DNA of 64,000 nt from positions 239,630,001 to 239,694,000 of the forward strand of contig OZ024741.1 in assembly GCA_964016885.1 (NCBI GenBank), read 5' to 3'. A model generated the notes under the pieces. The model did not search any database and was not told the DNA's origin. It saw only the letters and a list, made by a program, of their open reading frames with translations. The translations under genes were made by a program, and so were the position numbers. Of this stretch, positions 49,480 to 61,559 are shown in pieces. The DNA is from Eledone cirrhosa. Its lineage: Eukaryota. How positions within the stretch are numbered: position 1 is the stretch's first letter; the number at the start of each line of letters is the position of its first letter.

Positions 49480-52140
49480 CCATTATCTGTGTCTGCTGAT
49501 ATAGCTTGGTTTGTAGTTTCAGATTCTTGTTTCCAAAGTCAGGATGGAAGAGTTTTCCAAAAATGACAGGCAACTGAAATACTGTTACATTGTGTGGAGA
49601 TGATACTTCCAATATATTGGAACTGGTCTATGTGTGCCACTGGTGTATTAGAAATAGTGATGTTGAAACCTGGAAGGATTGAATTTGGAGCAGGTTATGC
49701 AGGTATTTTGGTCTTCTGAATTTTGATTGTCAATCAAGGCAATCATATGTGTTTTTGAAGTTGATAACTGATTCCTGCATTTCTATGGATGAATGAACTA
49801 GTGAAGCATTGTCCTTGATGTATTGCAGTTTAGTGATATGAGTTTTCTTGGTCAGTCTTTATGATCAGGGTCTGAGTAGATTGTAGAGTCCACCATTGAA
49901 GCCTTACTTCACCCCTACACCAGGGCTGGTAGGTGTAATTTCATGAAGCATGGCTGCAAGGTATAGGGAAAACAAAGTTAGATCAAGTACACACTTTTGT
50001 TTTAAGCTATAGGTGATTGGGGAATTTTCTGACATGTTTTGATATCTCACTTGTCCTATCATGCCATTGTGGAGTGCTAGGATGAGTGCCACAAAACAAT
50101 CAGAGCAACTGAATCACTTCAACGCCCTCCATGTAACTGTGCATAGTATGGTGTCAAAATCCTTTTCAGGATCATAGAAAACAAGTAAGAGAGGTTTCTG
50201 TTGTTCTCTACATTTTTCCTGTTGCTATCTTGCATGGAAAATCATGTCAATTGTTCCTCTGGAGGTTCAAAACCTACACTAAGATTCTGGCAATACAATC
50301 GTAGAGATGATTAGGAGATGGTTGAACAGTATTCTGGCAAAGATTTTCCCTATGATGGAAAGGAGGGATCTGTCACAATAGTTTCCACAAATATTGCAAT
50401 CTTCTTTATTTAAGACTGTATGGATGACAATGTTCTTTAGATATGCAGGTACTATTTGGATTTTCCATATTTTCAGGATGAGGTTGAATAGCCTTGTTCT
50501 TAAAGACTGACAACCATATGACAGAACCATATGACTTCCTTGGTTTCATCTTTTTGATGACATCACTAAATTCACGAAAAGTTGGAGGGTTCAACATCCA
50601 TGTTGAGATGGTGTTTTAAAAAAATCTTCTTCCGTGGAGTTTCTATTTAGAAGAGTACAGGAGTTCAAGATGCTTTCACTGTCTGTGAGAATGTTGGCAA
50701 TGTCAACAGCCTTCAAAATATCAGTTGAAGCTTAGGTTGGGCCATACAGTTCTTTGATTCAAGCATAAACATTTCTAAGGTCCCTAGCATTTGCAAATTG
50801 TTGAAGCTCTATGGCCTTTTCTATCCACCAGTTGTTTTGAATCTCTCTGATCTAAGTTTGACCTATCTGCTTGAAATCTTGAAAGTATTTTTTTTAAATT
50901 TGTGATCAGATTTTGTTTAAGAGATAGGCAGGTATTTCTTTTAGCCAGTGTTGAGATTTTTCGTTGTTTTCATCAAACCAATCTTAGTTGTTCATTTTTG
51001 TGAAGCCAATGGTGTTTTCAGTTGGGTGGCGTTTGGGATTGTTTTCCACTCTTCATTGGTGTCCTTGGTTTTTGAAGAGCTGTTTTCTAGGTTGTCACTG
51101 ATGTATTTTTGGAACCCTTCTGCTTGGTCTTTAAGATTTGATGTGTTGAACTTTCTTCTTGGCTGACATATTAATTGGAGTTGTAGTTTAGAATGAACAG
51201 AAATTCTGAGTCAATTGATGAGGAGCTTGTGCTTTATCCAATAGCCATCAGCCTTTCTTGCTGTTTTGGTAATAATAATTGCATTGACAAGTGATGATGT
51301 AGTCAAGGCATTTCAATGCTTAAAACGTGGGTGCATCCACATAGTTTTAAAGTGGCTTTGGACCTGAAACTGAGTGTTGCTAATGAAAAGGTCATACTCT
51401 GCACAGACTTCAAGAAGTAAGTGACCATTTGCATTACAGTTTCCAATACCTTGTTTTCTCATTGTGTTCTTCCACAGATGAGAGTTCCTTCTGACTCTAG
51501 CTTTGAAATTATCAAGCAAGAAAAACTTGATCTTAGGTGGTTCTTTGGAGAGAATGTTGTTCAGCTGTTGGTAAAATTTGTTTTTTATGCCTTCATTTTC
51601 AAGAGTAGATGCATATGCATAAATGGAAGTGATGAAGCTGTCTCCAGAAAATGGGACACAAAACGTAATGATACTCTCATTGGTGGTTGTTGGGCTGAAT
51701 TGATAGTCCTTCACCAGCCTTATCTTCACAGCAAAACCAACTTTAGGAGAACAACATTTCCCTACATCCTTTCCTTTCTAAAAAATAGTGTAACCTAAAC
51801 CAGATTCTTTAATTTTGCCTTGTTCCGAAAGTCTTGTCTCACTTCAGTTAAGCTATTTCTTGAGCCATGATGATTGTTCTTATTTCATATCAGTGGTCAT
51901 TTTCTTTTAGATTGAGCAAAGTTTTAATATTCGAAGTTCTGATTGTCATAATAGTAAGGGGATTGAGAAATTTCTTGTCATTTCAACTGCATTTAGGCTG
52001 AGCCATTGTGTGTGGTTACCCAGCCAGATTTGAAATGACTTCTGGTGTTTAGCCTACACTTTTAGGGCCATTCCAATTTGGAGTGGGCAGTGGTGTCCCT
52101 ATATAGGCCTGCCCAGATACATACAGGTTTTAATGAGAAC
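49480..52140 (-). mobile_element. Decayed RTE-clade LINE (APE endonuclease plus RT)
   Basis: SIYAYAST, LLDNFKARV, GNCNANGHLLLEVC, WMHPRFKH; CGNYCDRSLLSIIGKIFARIL..VLPES. Confidence 0.88.
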
Positions 52141-52249
52141 TACTGTCATGTCATAATAGAACTAAGAAAATAATGTTATTCCAAATACAGATAAAAGAGA
52201 AAATTTAGATTGAGCAGAGAGAATGGAATGTAAAATATAAACATTTTTT

Positions 52250-53960
52250 TTTTAATGGAAAAGGCGGGGAATGGCAAGGGCTCTAGTGTCACAGAAGAAC
52301 GAGGAGGGGAGAGGAGGGTGATTGGGTACTGGGCCTAGGGCGTAGCAGTAATGGGACTGCACCACGTGGACAAGACCACAGAAGCATTCCCGCGGACAAT
52401 GGCCAGTGACACCCACTGCAACAGCCACCCCACTACATAGGGTTTCTTCCTCAGATGGACTGCCAACATTCTGATCTTGCGGAAGAATTTGACAGTAGGG
52501 GGTCCAAGTATGCCTGAGGTTATGATGGGACCGTTGCGAAGAGGAAGCAGCCAGACAATCCCCGGTATTTGTTTATCTTTCTTTCCTCTGCATGGCAGGC
52601 CATGGTACTGGGATTTGTGGCTGAAGTGACTAAGTCAGAGGTAGAGAACGTGTCACAACATCTAAGGTGAGGAATCTACCTCCTTCAAATGGGACCTTGC
52701 GGTCAAGGCTTGTTGGCTCTAGTTGGGATGGGAAGCCAGCTGCATCCACGCTCCTTCATTGAGCGGCATGTTGGGGGAACCAGCCTATGCTCTGATGGCA
52801 AGACAGTGGGTGCAGGCCGAACTTGTCAACAACTGCCCTACAACGACATTTATGTGGCTCACACATGTGGAGGCCGAGGCATTGGGCTACTCCAACGTGA
52901 GTGCACTCATCATTAAGAAGGGTACTGGTTTATAAGGAGGGCACTGAATTGAGCCACGCGCTGCTGTTTGGCTGTGAAGCGGAGCGGAGGCAGGCAAGGC
53001 GGTGTTGGTCCAAGCCAGGCTTATCTGACAGAAGACCTGCATTTGATGTTGTCCCAGTTACGTTTGACAGTTGTACACTGGGGGACAGAAAAGCCTTTGC
53101 CTGTCCAGTTGGCCAGAGCCTGTTCAAGCTCTGGGGTCATGTCAGGTTTGGCTGCCTGGCTGAGAACCTTGCTGATGAGAGTGTGACTGGAGGAGATTGA
53201 GGAAAAGTAGACAGGTAGAGCCAGATCTGAAGCTGATCGAAGGCTGAGGCTACCGAACCTCGCTGGGAGTTTCACCTGTTGCCAGCCAGCGCTGTTGAAA
53301 CTGACATCGCAGATAAGTTCTGCACAGCATGGAATGGTGACGTCAAGTTCACCGAGAAGATCTGCGTGGGTGTGACAAGGTGCACCGCACAGCATGAATT
53401 TAAGGAGGGCAAAGCAGTTCCTCAAGAGGTAGAGCGCTGGGTGAGCATCAATGAGACACAGCCTCTCTGCCATATGGGATAAATCTGCATGCTTGGTCCA
53501 GGCATTCGCTTATGGGTTTCAAGAGAATTAGAGTGCAGAGAATGAATGCAGCATGTTTGGGTGTTAGCCGAGCTCCGGACAGGACAGGATGGGTGCTGAG
53601 TACGGCGCTGTGAAATGCGGTCTCTCCATAGCTCATGTTTTTCACCTCAGACTTGGATGGGTTGATCTCAAGTCCAAGGAGCTTTAGAGCTGGGATGATT
53701 TGCCGAAGGTCTCAGCTGATCCGCCCTTGGCCGTGTCGTCCAGGTACCAAACGTTGAGGGGCGACCGGACCGAGTGGGCAACGTCATCGACTGACAGCGC
53801 AAAGAGGTGTGAACTGAGTGAGTCTCCCTACTGGACACCCATGGCGGAAGTAATCCTGTTGTCAGTGGCCATGCGTGAGCTGGGTCTTCTGTACGAGGGG
53901 TGAGTGAAAGGGTAAACGGAAGGGGCTCATCTAAGACACGTCTTTAGGACGTGATCTTGT
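52250..53960 (-). mobile_element. Decayed CRE-like non-LTR retroelement (RT, CCHC finger, probable restriction-like endonuclease)
   Basis: GC-rich; GVQ*GDSL..LFAL, WYLDD, WQQVKLPARFGSL, CRC.AVVDKFGLHPLSC...H. Confidence 0.75.
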
Positions 53961-54107
53961 CTAATATATGGAACTAGATATTACATAGACAATAAATTCA
54001 ATGTAGTGTACGCTTATAATTATTGTCAAATAGTATATTCTACTTCTCAACTCTAGAGAGGGAGAAGTTAGAGGTGAGACCATCTTCGATACTGAAAATG
54101 TGATATT

Positions 54108-54675
54108 ATGGATTGGCAGTATCTGTAGAGGGTCGGACGCCATGCTTTCCAGCATAGTTACGTCCCTTTACGATCTGAGTTCAAATCCCGCCGAGGTTGA
54201 CTTTGCCTTTCATCCTTACGGGGTCGATAAAATAAAGTACCAGTAATGCACTGGGTAATTGCTGGCCTTGTGCCTAAAGTAGAAACAATTATTTTGGATT
54301 GGCAGTATCGGTAGAGGGTCGGACGCCATGCTTTCTAGCATAGAGTTACGGCCCTTGCCATTCTGAGTTCAAATCCCGCCGAGGTTAACTTTGCCTTTCA
54401 TCCTTACAGGGTCGATGAAATAAAGTACCGGTAATGAACTGGGTAATTGCTGGCCTTGTGCCAAAATTAGAAACAATTATTTTTTAGGGTCGGACGTTAT
54501 GCTTTGCAGCATAGAGTTACACCCCTTTACGATCTGAATTCAAATCCCGCCGAGGTTAACTTCGCCTTTCGTCCTTACGGGGTCGATAAAGTAAAGCACC
54601 GGTGACGTGCTGGGGTCGATTTAATCGACTTCCCCCTCCCCCAAAGTTGCTGGCCTTATGCCTATATAAGAAACC
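54108..54675 (+). mobile_element. Head-to-tail trimer of SINE family A
   Basis: Copies start at ~54108, ~54296 and ~54486; the third is 5'-truncated with a variant 3' part. Confidence 0.88.
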
Positions 54676-55529
54676 ATTAATTAGACAACGTACGACCATC
54701 TTATCTTATTTCTAAACACTGTGTTCAGAAGTATATTATTTGATGTGTCCTTTCTGTTTTTTCTTTTTCTTCCTTTTTATAGTTTGAGGGGGAATTTTGC
54801 TATTATTTCTAACAAGTCAGAAGATTACATAATGTCACGCTACCGAAAAGTGGGTTAATATGGCATAAACATCCGCTAAGGGAAATCACTCTAAAAGTCA
54901 TGTAACACGGTTAGAGGGACGTCACTCTAATTCAAGTAAAATACTTAAAACTACACAGGGTAATCAATAATTACCATGGAAAGAGGCTGTATAACCTGGA
55001 ATTATGGATAAATATAATTACGGCCAATTCAGTTTGGACTGTTGCCTGTAAGAAAAGGATTAAAGCTTATGGTCGTTGGGGTTGGGTTCGGTTTAAAAAT
55101 GAATGTGAATTATTGGTTCAGTGTTTAAGACACAGCTCGGAAGATAAGTTGACTCGTAATGAAATGGATTTAGAACATGTATTTCTGAAATCTAAATTTT
55201 CATCTTGTGTAAAACATATATAAAATGATCTTAGAAACATTTATAAAAACATTAGAATACTTAAAAATTACTATTTGTCTTTTCAATTGAATTTCTGTAA
55301 ATTGATCACTAATATTAGCAAGAGACTACCCAACACTTTTTTTAATGCAGAGACAGTGTAGTAATTGGACTCCATTACTTGACTGGTACTATATTATGTC
55401 GACACTGAAACTATAAAATAGAAAGGTGATGATTTAAACTCAGAATGTAAAAGGTCATAACGATATACTAGAAAGTATCTTGTTCGGTACTCTAACGATT
55501 CTGCCAATTAGCGCTCGAAAACTTCTGTA

Positions 55530-55602
55530 ATAGTTCTTGCACTTTTACAGATAGTTCTTGCACTTTTACAATAGTTCTTGCACTTTTACTTCTTGCACTT
55601 TT
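55530..55602. repeat. Short tandem repeat, ~20-bp unit ATAGTTCTTGCACTTTTAC x3.5
   Basis: Directly visible. Confidence 0.85.
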
Positions 55603-56328
55603 CTAAAAATAGTTTGAATATCACAGTGCCAACGAGGAAACCAAACTTGGCATACTAAAAATAAACATTCCTCTCAAACCACCCGCAACTAACTATTTTG
55701 GATGGTTTAGGCTTGAATACATTAACTGAAAATAAGAGGGTATGGGCATAATTGAGAGGCTTTTGTCACAGGAATACTTGATTAAAATTGACCTGGGAGC
55801 TAAACCACAACACATGTTTATTTGGGCCAGCACTTTAATTCATATTAAGCAAAACAGCGTTACAGGTGACATATAGATATTAAAACTAACAAGAAAACTA
55901 ACATTTCTGTTATTATAACATTCTCTGCTATGGTGTTAAAATTATTAATATATTGAAGAAACAAATATATCTACTTCAATAGCATAATTTAAGGTAATAT
56001 GGTTACACAAAAACACAATGGTGTAGGGCAGAACAAAGGAGAGACACGAAATAAGAAATCAGTTACTGAGGTGGTCACAGAATGTGTGACGAAAGAGCTT
56101 TGACACTATATAAACAACCATCCGGTTATTGAACTAAACAACCAACCGGAAATTTATAATAAATTGAAGTGAAAACAAACGTGCGTGTGTTTCTTATTGG
56201 CAGCATGACCCTTCCAAAGTATAACAATATTCTTATAGTATATTACATGAACTGGATTTATTGTTTCTATCATATATATTCATCTTATTTCAGTCTTACT
56301 TTAAGCTAATTTTCTATTTATTACACTG

Positions 56329-56661
56329 CAGTGGAATCTCGGTTCACGAATGCCACTCATCACGAACAAATCGGTTCACGAACAATTTTCCCGAATATTA
56401 AACATCTTGGTTCACGAATGGTGTCTCGAGTAACGAACACGAAAGCCGACAACAATGGTTGGCAACAAGCTTGGAGTATCGACGGGAAAGCGTCACTTGC
56501 TGTGTAGTTAATTACTATGGTGATATCTGTCTTTCACACACAGCCTCTCTCTCACTGTATTTCTCAAACTTTGGTATGGGCAAAATAGTTTCGACTTACG
56601 AACATTTCGGGTGAGGAAAGACCTTCAGGAACTAATTTATTCGTGAACCGAGGTTCCACAG
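56329..56661. mobile_element. Tc1/pogo-like MITE
   Basis: 22-bp TIRs CAGTGGAATCTCGGTTCACGAA / TTCGTGAACCGAGGTTCCACAG with subterminal TCACGAA repeats. Confidence 0.8.
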
Positions 56662-57682
56662 TGCTTAATTTCATTTTAATATTTACGAAAATTATTAAAA
56701 TGAATATTTGATTTATTTAAAAATCTATATACTTTCTTCTCTTACGTAAGTAAATATCTAACGGATATATGCATACAACATGTTAAATATTTTGTTAGTC
56801 TGCATTGCTATAACATTCAAATACTGTAAATTGTCATTTATTGATCTGAGACGCAAATGTGCATCTTCTTAAAATATTGTATATTACAAGTGCAATGTTT
56901 TTCAAATTTGAAATTTCTGTTAATCAAGTAAATATTGTACATTTCCAGATAAAATTAAATTCATTAAATAAATATAATGTAAAGAGAAATAACTCACCAA
57001 ATGATGTTTCAAGCAAGTTTTAATCTACCAATCAATCGACCGATTGATTTATCTATTTATCTAACTATCTATGTATCTATATTCACACACACACACGTAC
57101 ACATGCGCGCGCGCACACACATTCATGCGTGCATGCATGCATGCATGATGGCTGCAATTTGATTTCGAGTAATGTCATCGTTTGATACTTAAGCATGATC
57201 ATCACGGATGTGGTTTTTTAGTCCAGCTAGAGATTTGCCTTTGGCCAGGAATACTGTCCATCGCAAAAAGTCATATATCAAGCAATGCCTGCGATTGAAG
57301 CTTTTTTAAGTGAGGAAAGGCTTTGCACGAGGCCAATTCCATTCTCTGAACATCAAATGCATTTACTCCAAAAGAAGTACTGATCTACATCATTAAATGC
57401 AAATGAAGTCGCAGGTTTTATATTAGAATGACCTTCTCCTAGAGAGATGTCTGAATGAAGACTAGGGGTCCCTCGCTCCACAAAAAAAGCTTTATTGGAT
57501 GGCCATTGACCCTCTTGAGTTCCTCCGCTCTTGACGGGTTTTGTTTTTCATCCCGCAGGGTGTCCCAAATCACCCTCTTCACCAAGCAAGCTTGATGAGG
57601 TTGCCGGTTTAGTCGTCGACGACCCGACCATGCACAGGTTGTACTGGGTTACATGTTACCAGTAGCGCTGAAGAGCGATCTG

Positions 57683-57770
57683 ACATACATACATACATAC
57701 ATACATACATACATACATACATACATACATACATACATACATACATACATACATACATACATACATACAT
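57683..57770. repeat. (CATA)n microsatellite; (TA)n tracts also at ~40792, 41291, 58708, 59856 and 61408
   Basis: Directly visible. Confidence 0.95.
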
Positions 57771-58703
57771 GCATGAATGGAATGAAAAATTAGCCATTCC
57801 AATATGAGAATCTATATAGATGACAGCAGCGTCTTTATCATTTGATATATACAACACAGCTTTAAAGTTAATTACCGTATTTCCATGCGTTGAAGAGGCT
57901 ACTTTTTCCCCAAAATAAGCCCCAAAAATCTACCATGCGTCCTAGAGGATACCATTTATTTACATTGCCACCGATTCATAGTTATAAATATCTAATATAT
58001 TTGCTCTCCTCGGTCCTTTTGAGATGCTGTTGTCAGTGAAAGTGTCCTTGAGCAACGAGTCAACCAAATCATCCAGTCCGAGTTTTTACCATCACTGCAG
58101 GTCGGTCCGGCAGACCTCAAGATTGTCGATCTAACAACCGACGCTTTGAGACATACGATTATATTGCTTATTTTAGCGTGCCGAGGACATCTCCCGCATA
58201 GAGACAGAATTCTTGATCAGGTCTAGACACTATCACTCGTCACACGTCTGAACCCACGTAAAGTATCATGCAAATTATCCAGTTTGATAATACATTTGGG
58301 TACTGGGATGCAGTTGAACTAGACATCACGGATCATGTGCAGCGGTCAGTTGTACAATATCTTCTTTATTTTGTACGTCTGAAAGCACTTATACCGAATG
58401 TCTCTCAACAACTGTTTCATCCAAATTTTATTGCATCTTTTTATGTTGGTATACTTTCGATATCAAAACGAGGCATATATTCCTACAAATCAAATAATAT
58501 ACTGTATATGGATAAGGATGATCCAGTAGTATTGGAAATGATGTGTTAGAGTATGCTACGATAAGATATGTAGATGTACACCGATTTGGGCAGTACGAGG
58601 AAGCTCTTTGGTATGACATAGGTCGGATGTGCGTCTTTGTGTTTCCGCCATTCAGGTGAATATGGGGCACGAATTTTGATTTCAACCCTATCATTATGTG
58701 TAA

Positions 58704-58750
<47 letters not shown>

Positions 58751-58752
<2 letters not shown>

Positions 58753-59405
58753 GAGGTGTGTCAGAAAAAATATCAGGCCTTAGTGTGCTGTATGAGCTAT
58801 GAGTGGGGTAGGGATTCGCGGGTTGCGTCACCACGTGATGTAATACTCGGGAAGTATATAACTGTGATCTTAGCTCTTTGCAGCCATTCTATGTTTTTTC
58901 ACATGCTTTTGTTAACAGCTCCTCAATTTTAGGCTGACGAACGAGCAATGAACCAGCATGATGTTTCTGACTGAGAAAACACCGTTAGAATCACTCGGAA
59001 TACTGTAGCAAGTGTACGGAGATAATACGATGTCGCGTTCGCGGGTTTCCGAGTGGCACAAAAGGTTCAAAGACGACCCCAGGAACTGAAGGCTTACAAC
59101 GAGCAGGACTGATGCCAACGTTGAATGCGTGATGCAGATGGTGCGTGGCGATCGTTAACTGAGTGTTCGACTGATCGCAAGTGAGCTGGCAATGAACCGT
59201 GACAGCGTTTGGAAGATTATCACCAAAGATTTGGGCATGTGGAAGATCTGCGAGAAGATGATGCCGAAGTTGCTGAACGTTGACCTGAAGCAGTGTATGC
59301 AGGTGTGTCAGGACATCCTGGAGCGTCATAAAACTGAACCAGACTTGTTGGGGAGAGTCATGACCGGTGATAGATCAAGGATCTTCGAGTACGACCCGAA
59401 GACCA
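58751..59405 (+). mobile_element. 5' half of a second mariner family
   Basis: TIR-like CGAGGTGTGTCAGAAAAAATATC; MSRSRVSEWHKRFK, IITKDLGMWKICEKMMPKLL (WVPKLL-like), VMTGDRSRIFEYDP (TGDE-like). Confidence 0.85.
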
Positions 59406-59852
59406 GGTGCCTGAGACACCAAGAGGGCCGTGACGATGGAGCTGTGGAGATTCCCCCACACGAATCCTTAGGTTCTTCATATTTTACATTCATTATATCG
59501 TGCACCCACTCGAAATTGTTTTCCGAATGCACTGTTATCTCAACATCAGGACATATTTGTCAATTCAGAATACGCCATAACGTCAGGACGATACGTCGTT
59601 ATAGCAATATGGATCGGAAATCAGAGTGCTTACTTAAAATACTCCTGTACTTTTCAGTCATTGGCACATTGCAGGCATCTAGGTACCGGCTTTCTCTTGT
59701 TTACACTCATGGGTTTTCCTTTCCCGATATCTTTATATACACCAGGAGGTCGACATATCATTGACATAACTGAAGAGTCCGCTCTACTCTTTGGCAAGTT
59801 TTCTCCAGATAGATACCCTTCCTATCACCAATCACAGGATGTACTGTGCACA

Positions 59853-59913
<61 letters not shown>

Positions 59914-59955
59914 GTGTGTGTGTGTGCGCACGCACATGAAGTATCTACTAATGTA

Positions 59956-60465
59956 TAATTGTTTCTACTTTTGGCACAAGGCCAGCAATTATCCCAGTGC
60001 ATTACTAGTGCTTTATTTTATCGACCCCGTAAGGATGAAAATCAAATTTAACCTCAGCGGGATCGGGATTTGAACTCAGACCATAAAGGGCCGTAACTCG
60101 ATGCTGCAACTAATATATAATACGCTTGTGTATTTGTCTATCACAAGAGATGTCTGAGGAAGGAAGGGGTGATAACATCCAATATTCGCTACATCTGTGT
60201 GTATCTATATTTATAGCGAATTGGCTACACACATTGGCTGTTATGATTATGTGTGTTTGTGTGTGTATGTAAATTATATATATATATAATTGTTTCTACT
60301 TTTGGCACCAGGCCAGCAATTATCTCAGTGCATTACTGGTATTTTATCGACCCTGTAAGGATGAAAGGCAAAGTTAACCTCGGCGGGATTTGAACTCAGA
60401 TCATAAAGGGAGGTAACTCTATGCTTCAAAGCATGGCGCACGACCCTCTACGATACTGCCAATCC
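59956..60465 (-). mobile_element. Two SINE family A copies (59956-60108 partial; 60287-60465)
   Basis: Reverse complements of the family A sequence. Confidence 0.8.
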
Positions 60466-61403
60466 TATAATATTTGTGTGTATATGTGTTTGTGTGTGTT
60501 TATTAAGAAAGATACATAGGCAATAGAATTACAAACATACACGAATCTACACAGACATATATAAACAGAAACACTTAGAAAAGATAATTATTATAGACAC
60601 ACTTCTATGTGATGACTCAGAAAGGAGGGGGGGGGGTAAACTATAGGAGTCCAACGTTCTAAGATTCGTCACACTGTGTGTAGCGATTTGGCTACACACA
60701 TTGACTGTGTGTTTGTATCACTTGTGTGAGTGAGCACGAAGGAACCAACCAACAAACAAACATCTCTTTTTTTTAATACTATGTATACATATTATAATTA
60801 GCCGTCATTTTTGACGGCACGGGGTCAGCTAGTATGTATACAATGCATATGTACAAGAAAGGTGTTAAAGGAGCACTAAGAGTTGCGTCCCTTGCATCAT
60901 CTGCCTAGTCAAGTTATACGCACACGTCCCTGCGTCTGTCGAGGAAATTTATATGAATACACGCTCATACTTAAAATGCAACTCATTTTCACAATTACAC
61001 ACAAATTAATCAAACACAGACATAAACACATATACAGTTACACTCATATACAAACACATGCTCACACATGAACACAATCACTTATGTACATATGCAAACA
61101 ATTCAAATGAATAATTTTTGAATATTAAAATATCGTCAATGGAAGGTTGTTCAAATTGTCGCTCCATGTTCCCAAATTTTTTATTGTCCAAAAAAATCTT
61201 TAGAAAATGTTCACAATATGGATATTTCTTTATTTGAATTAACTTCGTATCTCCAAATTTACCCTGGATTTTTACCTGCGATGATACTTGTAAGTACTTA
61301 GACCTAATTCCTTATTTAAACATCTATAAAGGTTTCATGACTGAATAACATTTTGAACAAATGTGTTTTATTAATGTCTACCATTATTTGATACAGAATA
61401 TCC

Positions 61404-61473
<70 letters not shown>

Positions 61474-61559
61474 GATATCCCTGAAATATATATAATGAAA
61501 TAAATATGGTTTTATAAATATAGTTTCCATTTATTTAATATTGTAAATATACTCCAAAT

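Noticed and set aside
57609-57857. ORFs with MYVC or IYIY repeats
   Set aside because: Translations of (CATA)n and (TA)n microsatellites.
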